Made by a program: the position numbers and the translations under genes | NCBI GenBank assembly: GCA_951406725.2 | Contig: OX597830.1 | Span: 60,326,001-60,390,000, forward strand | Direction of reading: 5' to 3' | DNA length: 64,000 nt | Origin: Octopus vulgaris | Taxonomy: Eukaryota | Shown: positions 41,201 through 54,202 of the stretch, piece by piece | How the letters are laid out: each line of letters begins with the position of its first letter | Numbering within the stretch: position 1 is the stretch's first letter | The notes under the pieces: model-generated | Databases searched by the model: none | Seen by the model: only the letters and a program-made list of their open reading frames with translations | What the model was told of the DNA's origin: nothing

Positions 41201-41849
41201 GTTAAAGGGGAGACAAAATTTCCTTCATTTTGGACCCTCTTCTATGAAGTTATAAGAAATTACATTACTTTTGCATTTTATTACGCTGGTTAAAAAGGTA
41301 TCGTAGGCCTATATATAAAAGGTTTGTTGGTGTAAGATTTAGAGAGAAAGAGAAAATGTTTAGCAGGGGTAAATTTAAAAATCATATACATTGTGACTGG
41401 AAAAGAAATAACTCAGCAAAATAGCTGTCGCTATACATTTAAAATTTGCAATAGAATTGAAACTAATCATGTAAGTAAAAACATGTAAGTAAATACTCAC
41501 GAACGGTATGTGTATTAAATATTGTATAGACTGTTATTGTATATTTTTGTATCATTTCTAGAACCACAAGTAACAATCAGAGTTATATGCAATAAAAATG
41601 CAAATTATCGTTTCTTTCTTAAATAGCTCCTCTTGATTTTTTCATTCCGTGGAATTTCCACGGAGCCTGCTCGTTCAGTTCCCGGCGACGCATTTTGTTC
41701 TCGAGCAAGATGCTTTACTCAACGTTGATCTAGACTACTCAACCAGCAAAAATGAGTAGCACCGGTATTTCAAATGGTCAACCATGTCCCACTCTGAGTC
41801 ACGCTGAATCTCCCTGAGAACCCCTATTATCAACCCTATTATCTCCCCT

Positions 41850-42137
41850 AATTTCGCTCTTGCGTCTCACGTTTGATCTTTGACTTCTGGCCGAAATCAG
41901 ATCGCCATGTTGATTCGCTAGCCTCTGCTCGCATATTTTTTTCTCTCCTTTCTGTGTTTTTTCTCTGTGTATTTTTCTGTTGAAGAACGTAGGCTCGAAA
42001 CGTTAAAGACTTGTTTTATTTATATTTCCTGAGCGCCATACTAATACAATTGTTTGTTTGTATTCCACCTGCCTTCGTCTTTTTTTTATTTCCGTAAACC
42101 TGCCTTCGTCTTTTGTCTATTTTCATAAAGCTTCCCG

Positions 42138-42140
<3 letters not shown>
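41850..42140 (+). mobile_element. PLE pLTR-type 3' fragment ending in (TA)n
   Basis: ctgttgaagaacgtaggctcgaaacgttaaag motif; ends cttcccgtta|TATATA; homologous to 35973-36175. Confidence 0.65.
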
Positions 42141-42170
<30 letters not shown>

Positions 42171-42904
42171 AAGAAGGTAAGAGAAGTGATGCGAGATAGT
42201 AGATGTTTATTCCATATGTCTACAGTTGTTTCATAGTCTTATTAGTAATATAATAAATCTTACATCAATATTAACACACATATAAAATATACACATACAA
42301 AATGGAAAAATAGATAAAACATATATGCGTGTGTATACCTATATATAGAAGAGTAGAGATACGAGGGCCAACAGACCAATCTTCAGAACGCTACGTGATG
42401 GTTGAGAAGAGAGAAAGGATCCGGGAATCCAGGCCGTTACCTCAGGTAGCACTCCTGCGAACTCCGGTTAGCAAAATGTGTAAGAATGGTAATTTTTATA
42501 GTAGAAACATTAATTTTAGACCAACTAAAAATCCAGAAGGTTACCCTTAGTCGCGGAGTATAAATAACAAGTGAAGAATGATGTTGTTGGTATTAAATAT
42601 ATTCCATAGTTTACAATTATTTCAATAACGTATGTGTAACTAATCATATATGTTTTAAGACATAGAAGAGAGCAATGGAACTGTTCACAAGGATCGCAAC
42701 TAGATAACTGTGGGTCAATCATTATATAAAACAAATTATATAATCGATTTGACTGCATCATTGCTCTCTTCCATATCTTCAAGTATATCATATGATAAAT
42801 CACCCTAAGTTATTGAAACAATTGTAAACCATGGAGTAGGTGTAATAGCAACGACTCTATACCTCACGTGTTATATATGTGTATACGTACATACAGACAG
42901 ACAG

Positions 42905-43155
<251 letters not shown>

Positions 43156-44088
43156 TAAAGATTAACAGATGTATAGATTGATATGTATAGATATGTCTAT
43201 GTAGGTATTTGTGAACTTCTAAATATACTGCGACAAAAGTGTTGGTGTTTCTAAGTTATATGATATATCTTGAAAACTATCATACCAAAAATTTAGCAGA
43301 AGAAATCTTTAGAAAGCAGTTACCAAGAAATAGGTATATTTGAGTAGTGAATAAAGCTTGAGATAACTGTTATGTTTCTAAACACCTTTATATGTACTAA
43401 GAGCTAGGATACTTAAAGGTTTACCGCTATGTAAATGTTTCAAGTTTAGCGAAATTGTAAACGTGAATTGCAACAGGTAAGAACTAATGAAATGTAAAAT
43501 GCAGTTATGATTAAAACAGAAGTAGATAATGGATAACGTGATTAGCAGGTGGAAGTTATAAGTTAAGGGATAAATAGGCAATTCACTTCCTGTAAATCTT
43601 AGATTGCCAAATAAAGAGTAAAATGTTCTTAATTGGATATTGATAAAAAATTAAATTTATGACTATTTAACTGGAAAGATTATACAGGTACAGAAGCTAT
43701 ATTTTATGAGAAATTTTAAGGATTTGAAACTAATTTTAGTTATACCCAGAAGGTACAATTTTTTTTAAATCGTGGACATTTGTATTTTTGATTCATTACC
43801 TACCTTGTAATTTAACCAACCTATTTTATTTTTCATCTCTGCATTTTGTTATAAATGCATAAATATGATGAATCATATTGTGTTTAGAAACGCACGTATT
43901 TTCTTTCTTTTATGACACACCCAACTAAATTATCAACATGCCCAGAGGATTTTAAAATAACCCGAACTGTTTTTCTTCCCTTCTTTCCTGAGCGTCCAAT
44001 AATACTTTATTTGTTCCACGTCCTCACGTTGTTGTGTTTTTTGGGGTTTTTTTGGGGGGTTTTCTTGTTTGAATTAACTATATATACT

Positions 44089-44158
<70 letters not shown>

Positions 44159-44159
44159 G

Positions 44160-45860
44160 TCATGCCATTAATGGACTTTTTTCAAGTTCATCTAAAAACC
44201 CTATTACAGCAGATATTAAAAAAAGATATATAAGCTATAGCTTGATTGTCAACTGGATAAATAAAATAAGACGAATATTTCATCGGATTTGGACAGCGTG
44301 TTCAAGTTCTTCCTTGGCTGGTTGAAAAAATATGTCTTCAGTGCTTATGCTGCAGCAATGATTTGGAGGGAGCAGAAAGATCACCTTACAGACTGCAATT
44401 TTTTATTGTTAATATTAAAGACTTTTACTTAGACGACGATCTGGAAAAATCTTTAAAACGCAGAGCAAAATGCTTTGCGGCATTTCGCCCGTCTTAAAGG
44501 TCCGAGTTCAAATTCCGTCGATGTCGACTTTGCCTTTCATCCTTTTGGAGTCGATAAAAGAAGTACCAGTTGTGCATTGGGAGTTGATGTAATCGAAATT
44601 GTTTTCCTTGTATCAAAATTTTAAACCAATGTTAAATAAATAAAAGAAATGCAAAATTATTCAAATCCGAGCATTGAAGAGTATCAGATGATGAAACATT
44701 TTCTTATTTATCCCCAACATGAACTCAATCCTATTGAAGTTACAGTACCTGACGGACTTTGCCAGATGCCGGATACGCGCAAGAAAAGAGTATAGGTTCA
44801 ATTTTTTTTATTTATTTTGCGGAGGATTTAGAACTGTCAGAAAAGGTAGAGCTTCTCGCCCGTCAAGACACCTGTTTCCAGAAAATGTAACAATGAGTTA
44901 CTATAGGAAGCGAAATTTTGATTTAGCAGTATATTCTAATGTGCATGGTCTTTTCTGCTTTTGTCATGACATTAATGGACTTTTGGCAAGTTTATCTGTA
45001 AAGCATGTTGAAATTGAATGGCGACGTTTTATAGATCCACCTCCACCAAATTTAAAAGCTGTTTTATTACGTAATGGAAATTTTAAACCATCTATCCCCA
45101 TAACTCATTCAATGGATGCTCACATGGAAAGCCTTTTTAATGCAGTTCACCTGTGGAATCTTTTTGGAGATCTTAAAATAATTGCTGTGTTAATGGGCAT
45201 GCAACGCGACTCACCAAGCGCTGCTGTTTTCAATGCCTGTGGGACAGTCGTGTATTACAGAGCATTACAATAAAAGAGAATGGCCAACCAGGTCCTTATA
45301 TATTTCTGGAAGGAATAACATTCAATCAGTTCCTTCCGATAATCCAAAGAAATGTTTTTACTACCATTAAGTTTGGTTTAATGAGGATATTTGTGAAGGT
45401 GATTGGGCAAAAGAAAAAAAAATTCAAGAGCATTTCAATTTCCCTCGAAAATATTACCAAAATTAAGTGCTGCCAAACTTAAGGAGAGACTTTTTATAGG
45501 ACCTCAAATCCGCAAGGAATTAAAAGCTAAAACTTGGTGAAACACACACAGCGCCACAGCTAAAAACTTGGCATATGCTTAAATGGATCAGTGCTAAATC
45601 CTTACCAAGTTACAGAACTCCTTTTCGAGAAACTGATTGGTGTTTTTAAAGCTAGTTTGTCTCGAGTCTCTTGAATTTACATTCATTTCCTACATTTAAG
45701 CCAAATTTCTCTCATGGAAATCTTAGTGCAATTAGTATTGAATTAGTGTAGAATAACGGAAAACATTTCACTCTCAAGCATTTCACTCTCTACAGAAGTT
45801 CACTCAGATATTTCGGTTTGAAAACATGATGGCAGAAAACTGCTAGTTATTATAGCGTGT
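44160..45860 (+). pseudogene. Degraded DNA-transposon transposase, probably Sola3-type; interrupted by SINE family B (~44455-44630)
   Basis: MIWREQKDHLTDC, FCHDINGLL, EWRRFID..NLKAVLLRNGN..PSIPITHS, WNLFGDLKIIAVLMGMQ and PKLSAAKLKE..FIGPQIR motifs. The superfamily name is from recall, not from a search. Confidence 0.7.
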
Positions 45861-46661
45861 TGATCGAGTATTTGAAATCATTAATATTGCTATACGCGAA
45901 CAATATGCATTTTCATTGTTTCTTTATATTTTTGATTTACTGTACTTAAATTCATATTTTAAATATGAATTATTTTTGCTTATAATTCAAATTAGTTTTG
46001 TTTTAATATCTATCGATTTACTGTTTTCCATAGAGACAATTCTTTCAATTTAATTTCAAATATATTCATTGCTAGACGGTGAGGATAAGCAATCGACACC
46101 TCGGCATATATATATTTCAGTTTCATATTTTAAATACAGGTAAGTATATTCAATAAAGTATTTAAAGAGTGACACTATTTGGTATTGAAAGTATTACGTA
46201 ATTGTTTTCTGACACTAATTAATATCAATATCACCAGTTTTTAATGGTTAGTGATATTTTATTGGCGAGCTTGAACTTTTACACCAACACACACATACAT
46301 ATATGTACCCCAACACACTCATGAATATATATATATATATATATATAGTGTGTGTGTGTGTGTATAATTGATAACAAAGAGAGAGGAGATTTATTCACAC
46401 CCAAAACTATTTTATTAAAAAGCTTTCTACAGTATATATAACTATGACCTAGGTATGTTATTACTGCAGCGACTGCACATTTGTCTGTATGCAATTATGC
46501 ATCCTTGTCACTACAATTTCATCAAGGGTCCATCACTCACGTCGTATTCAAAGTGAACTAATTCAAAGAAGCTTCCGTCGTTGGTATTCAGTTGAAGGTG
46601 ACAGCATTACTTTTTAAATCCAATGAAATTCTGGTCTTACAATCATCCCCACTGGTATATA

Positions 46662-47746
46662 TCAGGTTGGGTAAAAAGTAACGAACGTTTTGACCCATGA
46701 AGAATTCGTACCGAATTTTTGCAGAGGCTTGAATTTTTTTAAACATTTTTTTTTTGCAATTGTCTGATAAGACCGACAAAACTTGCCCAAATGCATCAAT
46801 AAATTAACATTTTTTTTTTTCTCACCGTTGTTAAAATCATCTGAAATGGAACTGTCAAAGCGCAATACTCGAGCAATTTTCTATTCAACTTCAACTGCTT
46901 TAAACGATTTCGCGATTTCGCACTGGAGGCCTGAGCCTTGTATAGATGACGGTCAATTAAAGACCGTCATTGAGAAAGAACCACGTAAAACCACTCGAGA
47001 ACTGGCAAAAGATATTCAAGCCAGAAAACTGCCTGCAACCATTTGCATGCGATCGGATAATCAAAAGAGCTCGACAAATGAGTACCGCACGATTTGAATG
47101 AAAATCAGAAAATGTGCAGATATGAAATTTACTCGTCGCTTCTTCTCCGTAACCAGACCGATCCATTTCTCGACCGTATTGTAACTTGTGATGAAAAGTG
47201 GATTCTGTACAATAATAAAAAACATTCTTCGCAGTGGTTGGACCAAAATGAAGCACCAAAACCCTTCCCTAAACCCGTGCTCTTTAAAGACTGTTTGGTG
47301 GTATACAGCTAGACTCGTGCACTATAACTTCGTAAAACCCAGCAAAAAAAAAAAACATTACTGCAGAAACATGTTGCCATCAAATAACCACATGTTTCAC
47401 TAATGACGCTCCAGAAGTTCAGGGAATTTGGCTATGAAGTTCTTCCCCACCCAGCTTATTCCCTAGGCCTTTTTCCTACGGAGTAATACTTTTTCAAGCA
47501 CCTTGATGATTTCCTGCAAGAGAAGGAGTTCAAAAATCAAAGCGATGCTGAAAGTGCGTTCAAAGAGTTCATCAGCTCCAGAACTCCAGATTTTTATGTT
47601 ACTGGAATAAACAAACTTGTAACTCGTTAGCAAAAGTGTGTTGATTGTAATAGTACTTACTTTGATGAATAAAATTTCAGCATTGTTGAAATATTTTGTG
47701 ATGAATTTCATGTTTCAAAACGTTGCTTACTTTTTACTCAGCCTGA
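46662..47746 (+). mobile_element. Internally deleted mariner transposon
   Basis: TA-flanked TIRs tcaggttgggtaaaaagtaa / ttactttttactcagcctga; DPFLDRIVTCDEKWILYNN and LPHPAYS motifs; frameshifts. Confidence 0.93.
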
Positions 47747-47789
47747 TACACACACGTACACACATACACACACATATATATATATATAT

Positions 47790-47908
47790 TCTTTTACTTG
47801 TTTCAGTCATTTGAATGTGGCCTTGCTGGAGCACCGCCTTTAGTCTAGCAAATCGACACCAGAACTTATTCTTTGCAAGCCTAGTTCTTATTCTATCAGT
47901 CTCTTTTG
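47790..47908 (-). mobile_element. SINE family A, 3' end
   Basis: Reverse complement of the family A tail. Confidence 0.82.
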
Positions 47909-47909
47909 C

Positions 47910-48490
47910 GCTTCCAATTCTGTTTTGATTGCGCCATTCTTTTCCACCTTGACCTAAATTGCTTAACTAAATCGTCTTCCAATCGTCGTGGAGGCCTGCT
48001 AAGTGATCTTTTCCGATCTTTTGAATACAACTCGGTAACTTGCACGGATCCACCTGTTGTCTGTGAACCTTGCAACATATCCAGCCAAGCGGAACTTGTG
48101 CTTTCTGTATTCTGCAATCACAGCCTTTACTCCGCTTCGTTCTTGAATGTGCTCTCTTAATGATATTCCTAACACGGATCTTTCCAAGGCCCTTTACATC
48201 GTAGCCAATCGATGTTTGATTATCTTGCATATTAGAGCGCAGGCAGGACGGTATTATTGAAGAATCTGACTCGTATAGCATTGTGTATCTTAGTTCTGTG
48301 AACATCCTGTCCTTTTCTCTTTGAGATTTAAGCATCTCTATCTCGGCGTGTATTCATTGCATGCCCAAAGTAAACTTATCCATTTAGCTCCTTGATTTCA
48401 TCGCTTCCCACCTATATTCGGCCCTGTGCACCTTCTTCTGATTGCATATTTTTTGTTTTCATGTGGTTCATTCTAAGACTTACTACTAAG
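47910..48490 (-). pseudogene. Degraded RTE-clade LINE, post-RT region
   Basis: MERSVLGISLREHI..SGV..KFRLAGYVARFTDNRW and KRSLSRPPRRLEDDL, typical of the RTE C-terminal WAGH/GRP regions. Confidence 0.75.
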
Positions 48491-48496
48491 CTCTGA

Positions 48497-48722
48497 GTGC
48501 ATACCATTAATAATATGCTACTGAATAAACTTCCAGAAGCCTTCACTTATAACTCAATTGACAGTGTTGTTGATGATCAGGATACTGTCAACTACTCCAT
48601 AGAAATCTTTAAGTCACTAGAACCACCAGATACAGCGCCTCATTGGCTTCAGTTGAAAAAAGGGATTGCTATTATGCTATTATATATTTTGTCTCAACCA
48701 AAATTATGCAATGTACAAGATT
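48497..48722 (+). pseudogene. Helitron RepHel PIF1-like helicase fragment
   Basis: INNMLLNKLP..YNSIDSVVD..VNYSIEIFKSLEPPDTAPHWLQLKKGIAIMLL.ILSQPKLCN resembles the Helitron helicase YPxEFLNSL..PPHxLxLKxGxPIMLLRNL..LCNG segment. Confidence 0.85.
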
Positions 48723-49277
48723 AATTGTGCACAAACTTCATTGACCCAAGCATTCTCACTGTTTCTAGTAAAGGCTTATGTACTCGAAATAAAAACAAAA
48801 AACATTGTTTATAAAGAAATATTCATTCTTAATGCAACACGAATACTTCAATAACTATATATATATAATTTTTTTTTTGCATATTCTTTTTCATACTTGT
48901 CTTCGGCAGTGCAGTACAAATTATTATGACATTTCGACCTCTAGTTATTAATGAAAACGAGTCAACACAATTTTTGTGTTTACTTGTGACGTCAACACAC
49001 ATACACACATACAGAATACACACACATATAATGAATGTCATGGCGGTCAATCGACACAAACACACGTCCGCTATCTGTGACATATACACTCGCATAATCT
49101 TTGTGCTCTCTAAGAAGAAAACGCATCGACTTTTTGACGTACACCATATTTTAATCATTCAAATATATTTTCAACTGAATGTGATTTCAAAAATATAAGT
49201 TGTTTGTACAGAAAGTACTTATATTTTAGCTTTCTTTAAACAGACAATGCTTTAATGTTTTTTTAATTATTTTCAAG

Positions 49278-49617
49278 TCGTTAATTTCCGTAAAAGTTTT
49301 TATTTATTTACTTTTGTTTTAAAGTGAAAGAGACAAGAAAGTGAAAGCTGTATGTACGTGTATATGAAATGTATGTGTGTGAAAGAGAGAGAGAGAGAGA
49401 GGGGAAGAGAGAGAGACAGACAGACAGAGAGGAAGAGAGAGAGAAAAAGAGAGAAAAAGAGAGAAAGAGTGAGTGAAGGGGTGTGTTGTCATGTATATGT
49501 ACATACATCAATACATATGCGTACAAAATTTTGGTATGTGCGTGTGCTTGTGGGTGTGTGTGAGAGAGAGAGTGTGGGTGAGTGAACGTGTGTATTTTCA
49601 TGTATGTGTAAGTGGCA

Positions 49618-49713
<96 letters not shown>

Positions 49714-49803
49714 CATTTCATATACACGTTCATATATCATTCACTTCTCTCTTTCATTTTAAAACAAAAGTAAATAAATAAAATTTTTTACGGAAATTAG
49801 CGA
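49278..49803. mobile_element. Fold-back/MITE-like element with >100-bp inverted arms
   Basis: 49278-~49400 is the reverse complement of ~49618-49803 (cgYtaatttccgtaaaa..tatttatttacttttgttttaaa..gtgtatatgaaatg..(GA)n). Confidence 0.75.
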
Positions 49804-50377
49804 GCAAAACCAGCTGAGCCGAACGACAATTCTGAGAGTCAAAGCGAAAGATCGTCCCAAAGGAAACCATTACAAAATGTTTTTCGAGTGCATTTAACGT
49901 ATCTCATCTTCAAAGATTTGGCTGCTATTTCTAGCACGCCCTTCTACCATGTTATATTTATTTGTGATAAAGGACCCGAAATACTTGTTGCATGGTACTT
50001 AGGCGTACAAGAAATAGCAGCCAAATCTTTCCTTTTCCGGGGAAAGGAGCCGTTTACGCATAATTTCAATATGTCATTCGTTGAAAGCATGCGAAAACCT
50101 GGGGGGAAACACACACACACACACAAAACAAATCTCCTTTACTGGGAAACTCAGACTTTCCAGGTCAGGTGACCCAACGGATCAGAGGTAGTCTAGTCTA
50201 TATATATATTGTATAAAAGATTGTGGGTAAGGCCAAAACAATGCGAAGTAAATGCAAGGTAAATCACAAGAAAACAAATATGTGAATTAATGCAGACTTA
50301 CTTTGTATTCAAAATTTCGGGGTTATGACACCATTTTCAAGAAATTGACGAATGTTGTCGATGTGCGTGTGTATGTA

Positions 50378-50433
<56 letters not shown>

Positions 50434-50434
<1 letters not shown>

Positions 50435-51729
50435 GAGGGGCGTTCAATAAGTAATGCCCCACTTCCCATAGGAGTAGAGCAACGAAACTTGGCACAGTTA
50501 TTAGTCTTTTTCTACATAGGAACCACGCAGAGTTACACATTTCTCCCATCGTTTGATGCAACTCTGGAGACCGTTTTTGTAGAAGACCCCAGCTTGGTCC
50601 TCCAACCACGACGTGACTTCAGAAATCAAGGCTGCATCATCTGGGAAATGCTTTCCTTTCAAAAACAACTTCATGGCTGGGAAGAGGTGAAAATCAGAGG
50701 GTGCAAGGTCAGGAGAGTAGGGGGATGGGGGAGGAGTTCATAGCCGCACGCCTGTTCTTCTGATCTGGCGACACGCGAGTTGTAGACCGGAGTGTTGTCC
50801 TGCAGGAGGAGGATGCCTTTGCTGATCTTGCCCCGCCTCTTGATTTTGATAGCTTCTCTTAATTTCCTCAAAAGTGAAGCATAATAGGCTCCTGTAATTG
50901 TGGTACCCTTTGCCAGGAAATCTGTCATCACTACTCCGTCCTGGTCCCAGTAGACTGTGAGCATGACCTTGCCAGCGGAGGGCTGCACCCTTGCCTTCTT
51001 TGGAGGAGGTGAGTCATGGTGCTTCCACTGCATTGACTGGGCTTTGGTCTCTGGATCATAGTGATGGACCCAGGTTTCATCCTGTGTAATCAGTCTTTCG
51101 AAAAATTTGACTCATCTTCTTGGCACATCTCCGAATTCATCCTCGAGCACTCGACGCGTTCTTGCTTCTGGAAAGGTGTAAGTAACCTGGGAATCCATCT
51201 GGCAGACACCTTTTGCATATGCAAATGGTCATGAATGATAGTTTCCACAGACCTGGTACTAAACTTGACCTGATGGGCTATTTGGCGAATAGTTATGCGT
51301 CGATCTTCCAAAATGGCCGCCTCAACTTGACGGACAGATGCCTCATCAATGGCAGAAGGGGGGCGACCAGATCTGGGAGCTGTTTCCACATCTGGGAGCT
51401 GAGTTCCAACCATGTTTGAATTCACGATGCCAGCGTTTTACAAGGTCATATGATGGGGCATCATCACCATAACTTACTTTCATTTCATCAAAAGTCTACC
51501 GTGGTGTGCGTCCTTTCAAATACAAAAACCGGATCACTGCTCGACACTCAACAGGCTCCATTTCACACTTGACTCAGTTCAAACACCTGTATATCAGAAA
51601 CCACAATTAGTTCAGAGCTGTAATTTGCCACCTAATCTATAGAGATATAAATAATTGCACATGTAAATTTTTCAGCTAGATCAAACAACTGCAAGTGTGT
51701 CAGAGGCATTACTTATTGAACGCCCCTCG
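50434..51729 (-). mobile_element. Full-length mariner (irritans/Hsmar2-like), 1296 bp, with disrupted transposase 50501-51561
   Basis: Perfect 25-bp TIRs cgaggggcgttcaataagtaatgcc, TA flanks within (TA)n; WIPRLL, SAGKVM and LLQDN motifs; frameshifts and stop. Confidence 0.96.
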
Positions 51730-51760
<31 letters not shown>

Positions 51761-51793
51761 TTATGTATATATATAAAGAGAGCGAGAGAGAGA

Positions 51794-51951
51794 GGCGCAG
51801 GCATGACTGTGTTGTAAGAAGCTTGCTTCCAACCACATGGTTCCGGGTTCAGTCTCATTGCGTGGCACCTTGGGCAAGTGTCTTCTACTAGAGCCTCGGG
51901 CCGACTAAAGCCTTGTGAGTGGATTTGATCGACTAAAACTGAAAGCCCGTC

Positions 51952-52030
<79 letters not shown>

Positions 52031-52271
52031 CATGCATACATACATATGTATATGTATGTGTGTCTGTGTTTGTCCCCCATCATCGCTTGGCAGCCGATGT
52101 TGGTGTGCTTACGTCCGCGGAACTTAGAGGTTCATCAAAAGAAACCGATAGCATAAGAACCAGGTTTACAAAGAATAAGTCCTGGGGTCGATTAGTTCGA
52201 CTGAAGGCGGTGTTCCAGCATGGCCACAGACAAATGACTGAAACAAGTATAGGAATAAAAGAATAAAAGAA
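51794..52271 (+). mobile_element. SINE family A, full length
   Basis: Head, expanded (TA)n centre, gaataaaa tail. Confidence 0.9.
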
Positions 52272-52668
52272 TATATTTTATTGATTATTCATGTGTACCA
52301 ATCTTTTATTTAAATAAATTTAATTTAGAAAATAATAGTTATAACTAAGGGAATTGATTGTTTATAAAATGAAAGCCATTAATTTTACAATGAAAAGACA
52401 TTTTCATTGTAAAGTAAATGAATTTGAACTTTAGATTCACGGGAAAACTCCGGAGAACGATTTTCTATTGAAAACAGTTTCTTTACAAACACGCGCGCCC
52501 GCGCACATCTATAGATATTTACGGAGATATAGATATCTCTTTTGCTCTAGTTCGCTAACGGAGTAAATATTTATTACTTGGTATTAAGCATTCTTTTTAT
52601 TCTGATTATTACTTTCTAAATTGGGGTGCGTCTAATGCATTGGAGAGTCTTATAAGCCGAGCAATACG

Positions 52669-52705
<37 letters not shown>

Positions 52706-53885
52706 TGCGGGCGTGTGTGTATGTGTGCGTGTGTATGTGTGTGTTTATGTGTGTGTGTGTGTGTGTATGTGTGTGTGTGTGTGAGCCATAAAAGTCCAGA
52801 GGTATGAGACGTGAATATTGATTTAACCATTTGACATCCTTAGGATTACGGCTGTTTCGCAACCTTCTTCGTGTAGTAATGATTTCTGTGTGCAGTAAAT
52901 TTTGTTTACACGTCTACATTAACATGCATTCTATTCATTACACAATATGTTTAGTTTTTGTCCCAGGGTGTGAAAGGACATACCTAAGAGGATGCCACCT
53001 ACTAAGCCGTTTCTGATGGGACGCGTCGTGTAAAACACTTATACTGCCAAAGATGGCATAGAAGAAGCAAACGTGCGATCGGTCAGCTGACTTGAAGTGC
53101 ATTAGGCTCCACAACTCTCAGATGAACCAATCATGGAACATCTAAATATGTAGATCAACTAACTAAAAATAACAACCAAAAATAACAACACTCAAATTAA
53201 AAGTCGACGTTTCTAACAAGAGAACGAGACACTGGGTAATATAGTCGCAGATAAACAGAAAGAAAAGTGATATGGTCACGACTGGAATGACTTTGCATAT
53301 GGGTCTGCACTATGAAGGAATTGAACAAGAGAAAATCGCTGATGATGCTAATGGCTAACAATGGTGTTGATGATGATGGTGCATAGATTCTCATAACAGC
53401 ATAATTCATATAAATAAGTTCCTATTTCTGTTTAATCAATAGTAGAATTCTTAATTACTGAGATGTAAACATAAATCATGGTGTATGCGAGATAGATGTC
53501 TTCCAAGCTGAAAGCACAAAATTAAAACCAAATTGATTTAAGATATATTGTGTATTGCTACAATGACAAATTCCTTCCAAGTGTTTCTCTAGAATCATAG
53601 AACCATAGACTACGTTCTCATTTGTATGAATATATTGTGTACCCCACCTTACCAAATCACGTACGTAGTATGCTGTGATAAATAATCAATATACTAGACA
53701 CAATTCAATGTAGCATAATAACACGATATTACCAATTATTTCTATACAACACCAATTGATAGAACAATAGTGAAAGGAGAGAGAAGAAGGATTGTGAGTG
53801 TTATGGAATATTTTTGGCAAGAATACCTGATACTTTTCAATCGTCTGTCTCTGTAAATATTCATACATACATATATGGAATATAT

Positions 53886-53948
<63 letters not shown>

Positions 53949-54026
53949 TGTATATATGATTTTTTTCGTGTAATGAGATAAAAAAAACCAAGGCTGTATA
54001 GATATTAGAGCATTTATAGATAGAAG

Positions 54027-54081
54027 GTCTTACAGCTGTTTCTAGAATATTAATTAATAATAATATCCCTTCATCGGAGAC
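54027..54081 (-). ncRNA. Candidate minimal type I hammerhead ribozyme (variant core)
   Basis: GUCU-CCGAUGA-[stem II]-GAAA-CAGCUG-UA-AGAC; palindromic stem III, GUA cleavage triplet. Confidence 0.6.
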
Positions 54082-54147
54082 GGTCTGAGAGGAAAAGTTA
54101 AGTCATAGTTAGTTTCAATATGATGACTTAACTTTTCCTCTCACACC

Positions 54148-54202
54148 GTCTCCGATGAAGGGATATTATTATTAATTAATATCCTAGAAACAGCTGCAAG
54201 AC
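54148..54202 (+). ncRNA. Hammerhead motif copy with mutated cleavage triplet (GCA)
   Basis: GTCT-CCGATGA-AGGGATATTA..TAATATCCTA-GAAA-CAGCTG-CA-AGAC. Confidence 0.5.

Noticed and set aside
48497-48724. Host PIF1 helicase exon
   Set aside because: Substitutions in conserved motifs, abrupt ends among TE debris, and a Helitron-type segment.
52384-52413. Perfect 13-bp stem with 4-nt loop, terminator-like
   Set aside because: AT-rich and isolated; intrinsic terminators are not meaningful in this eukaryotic context.
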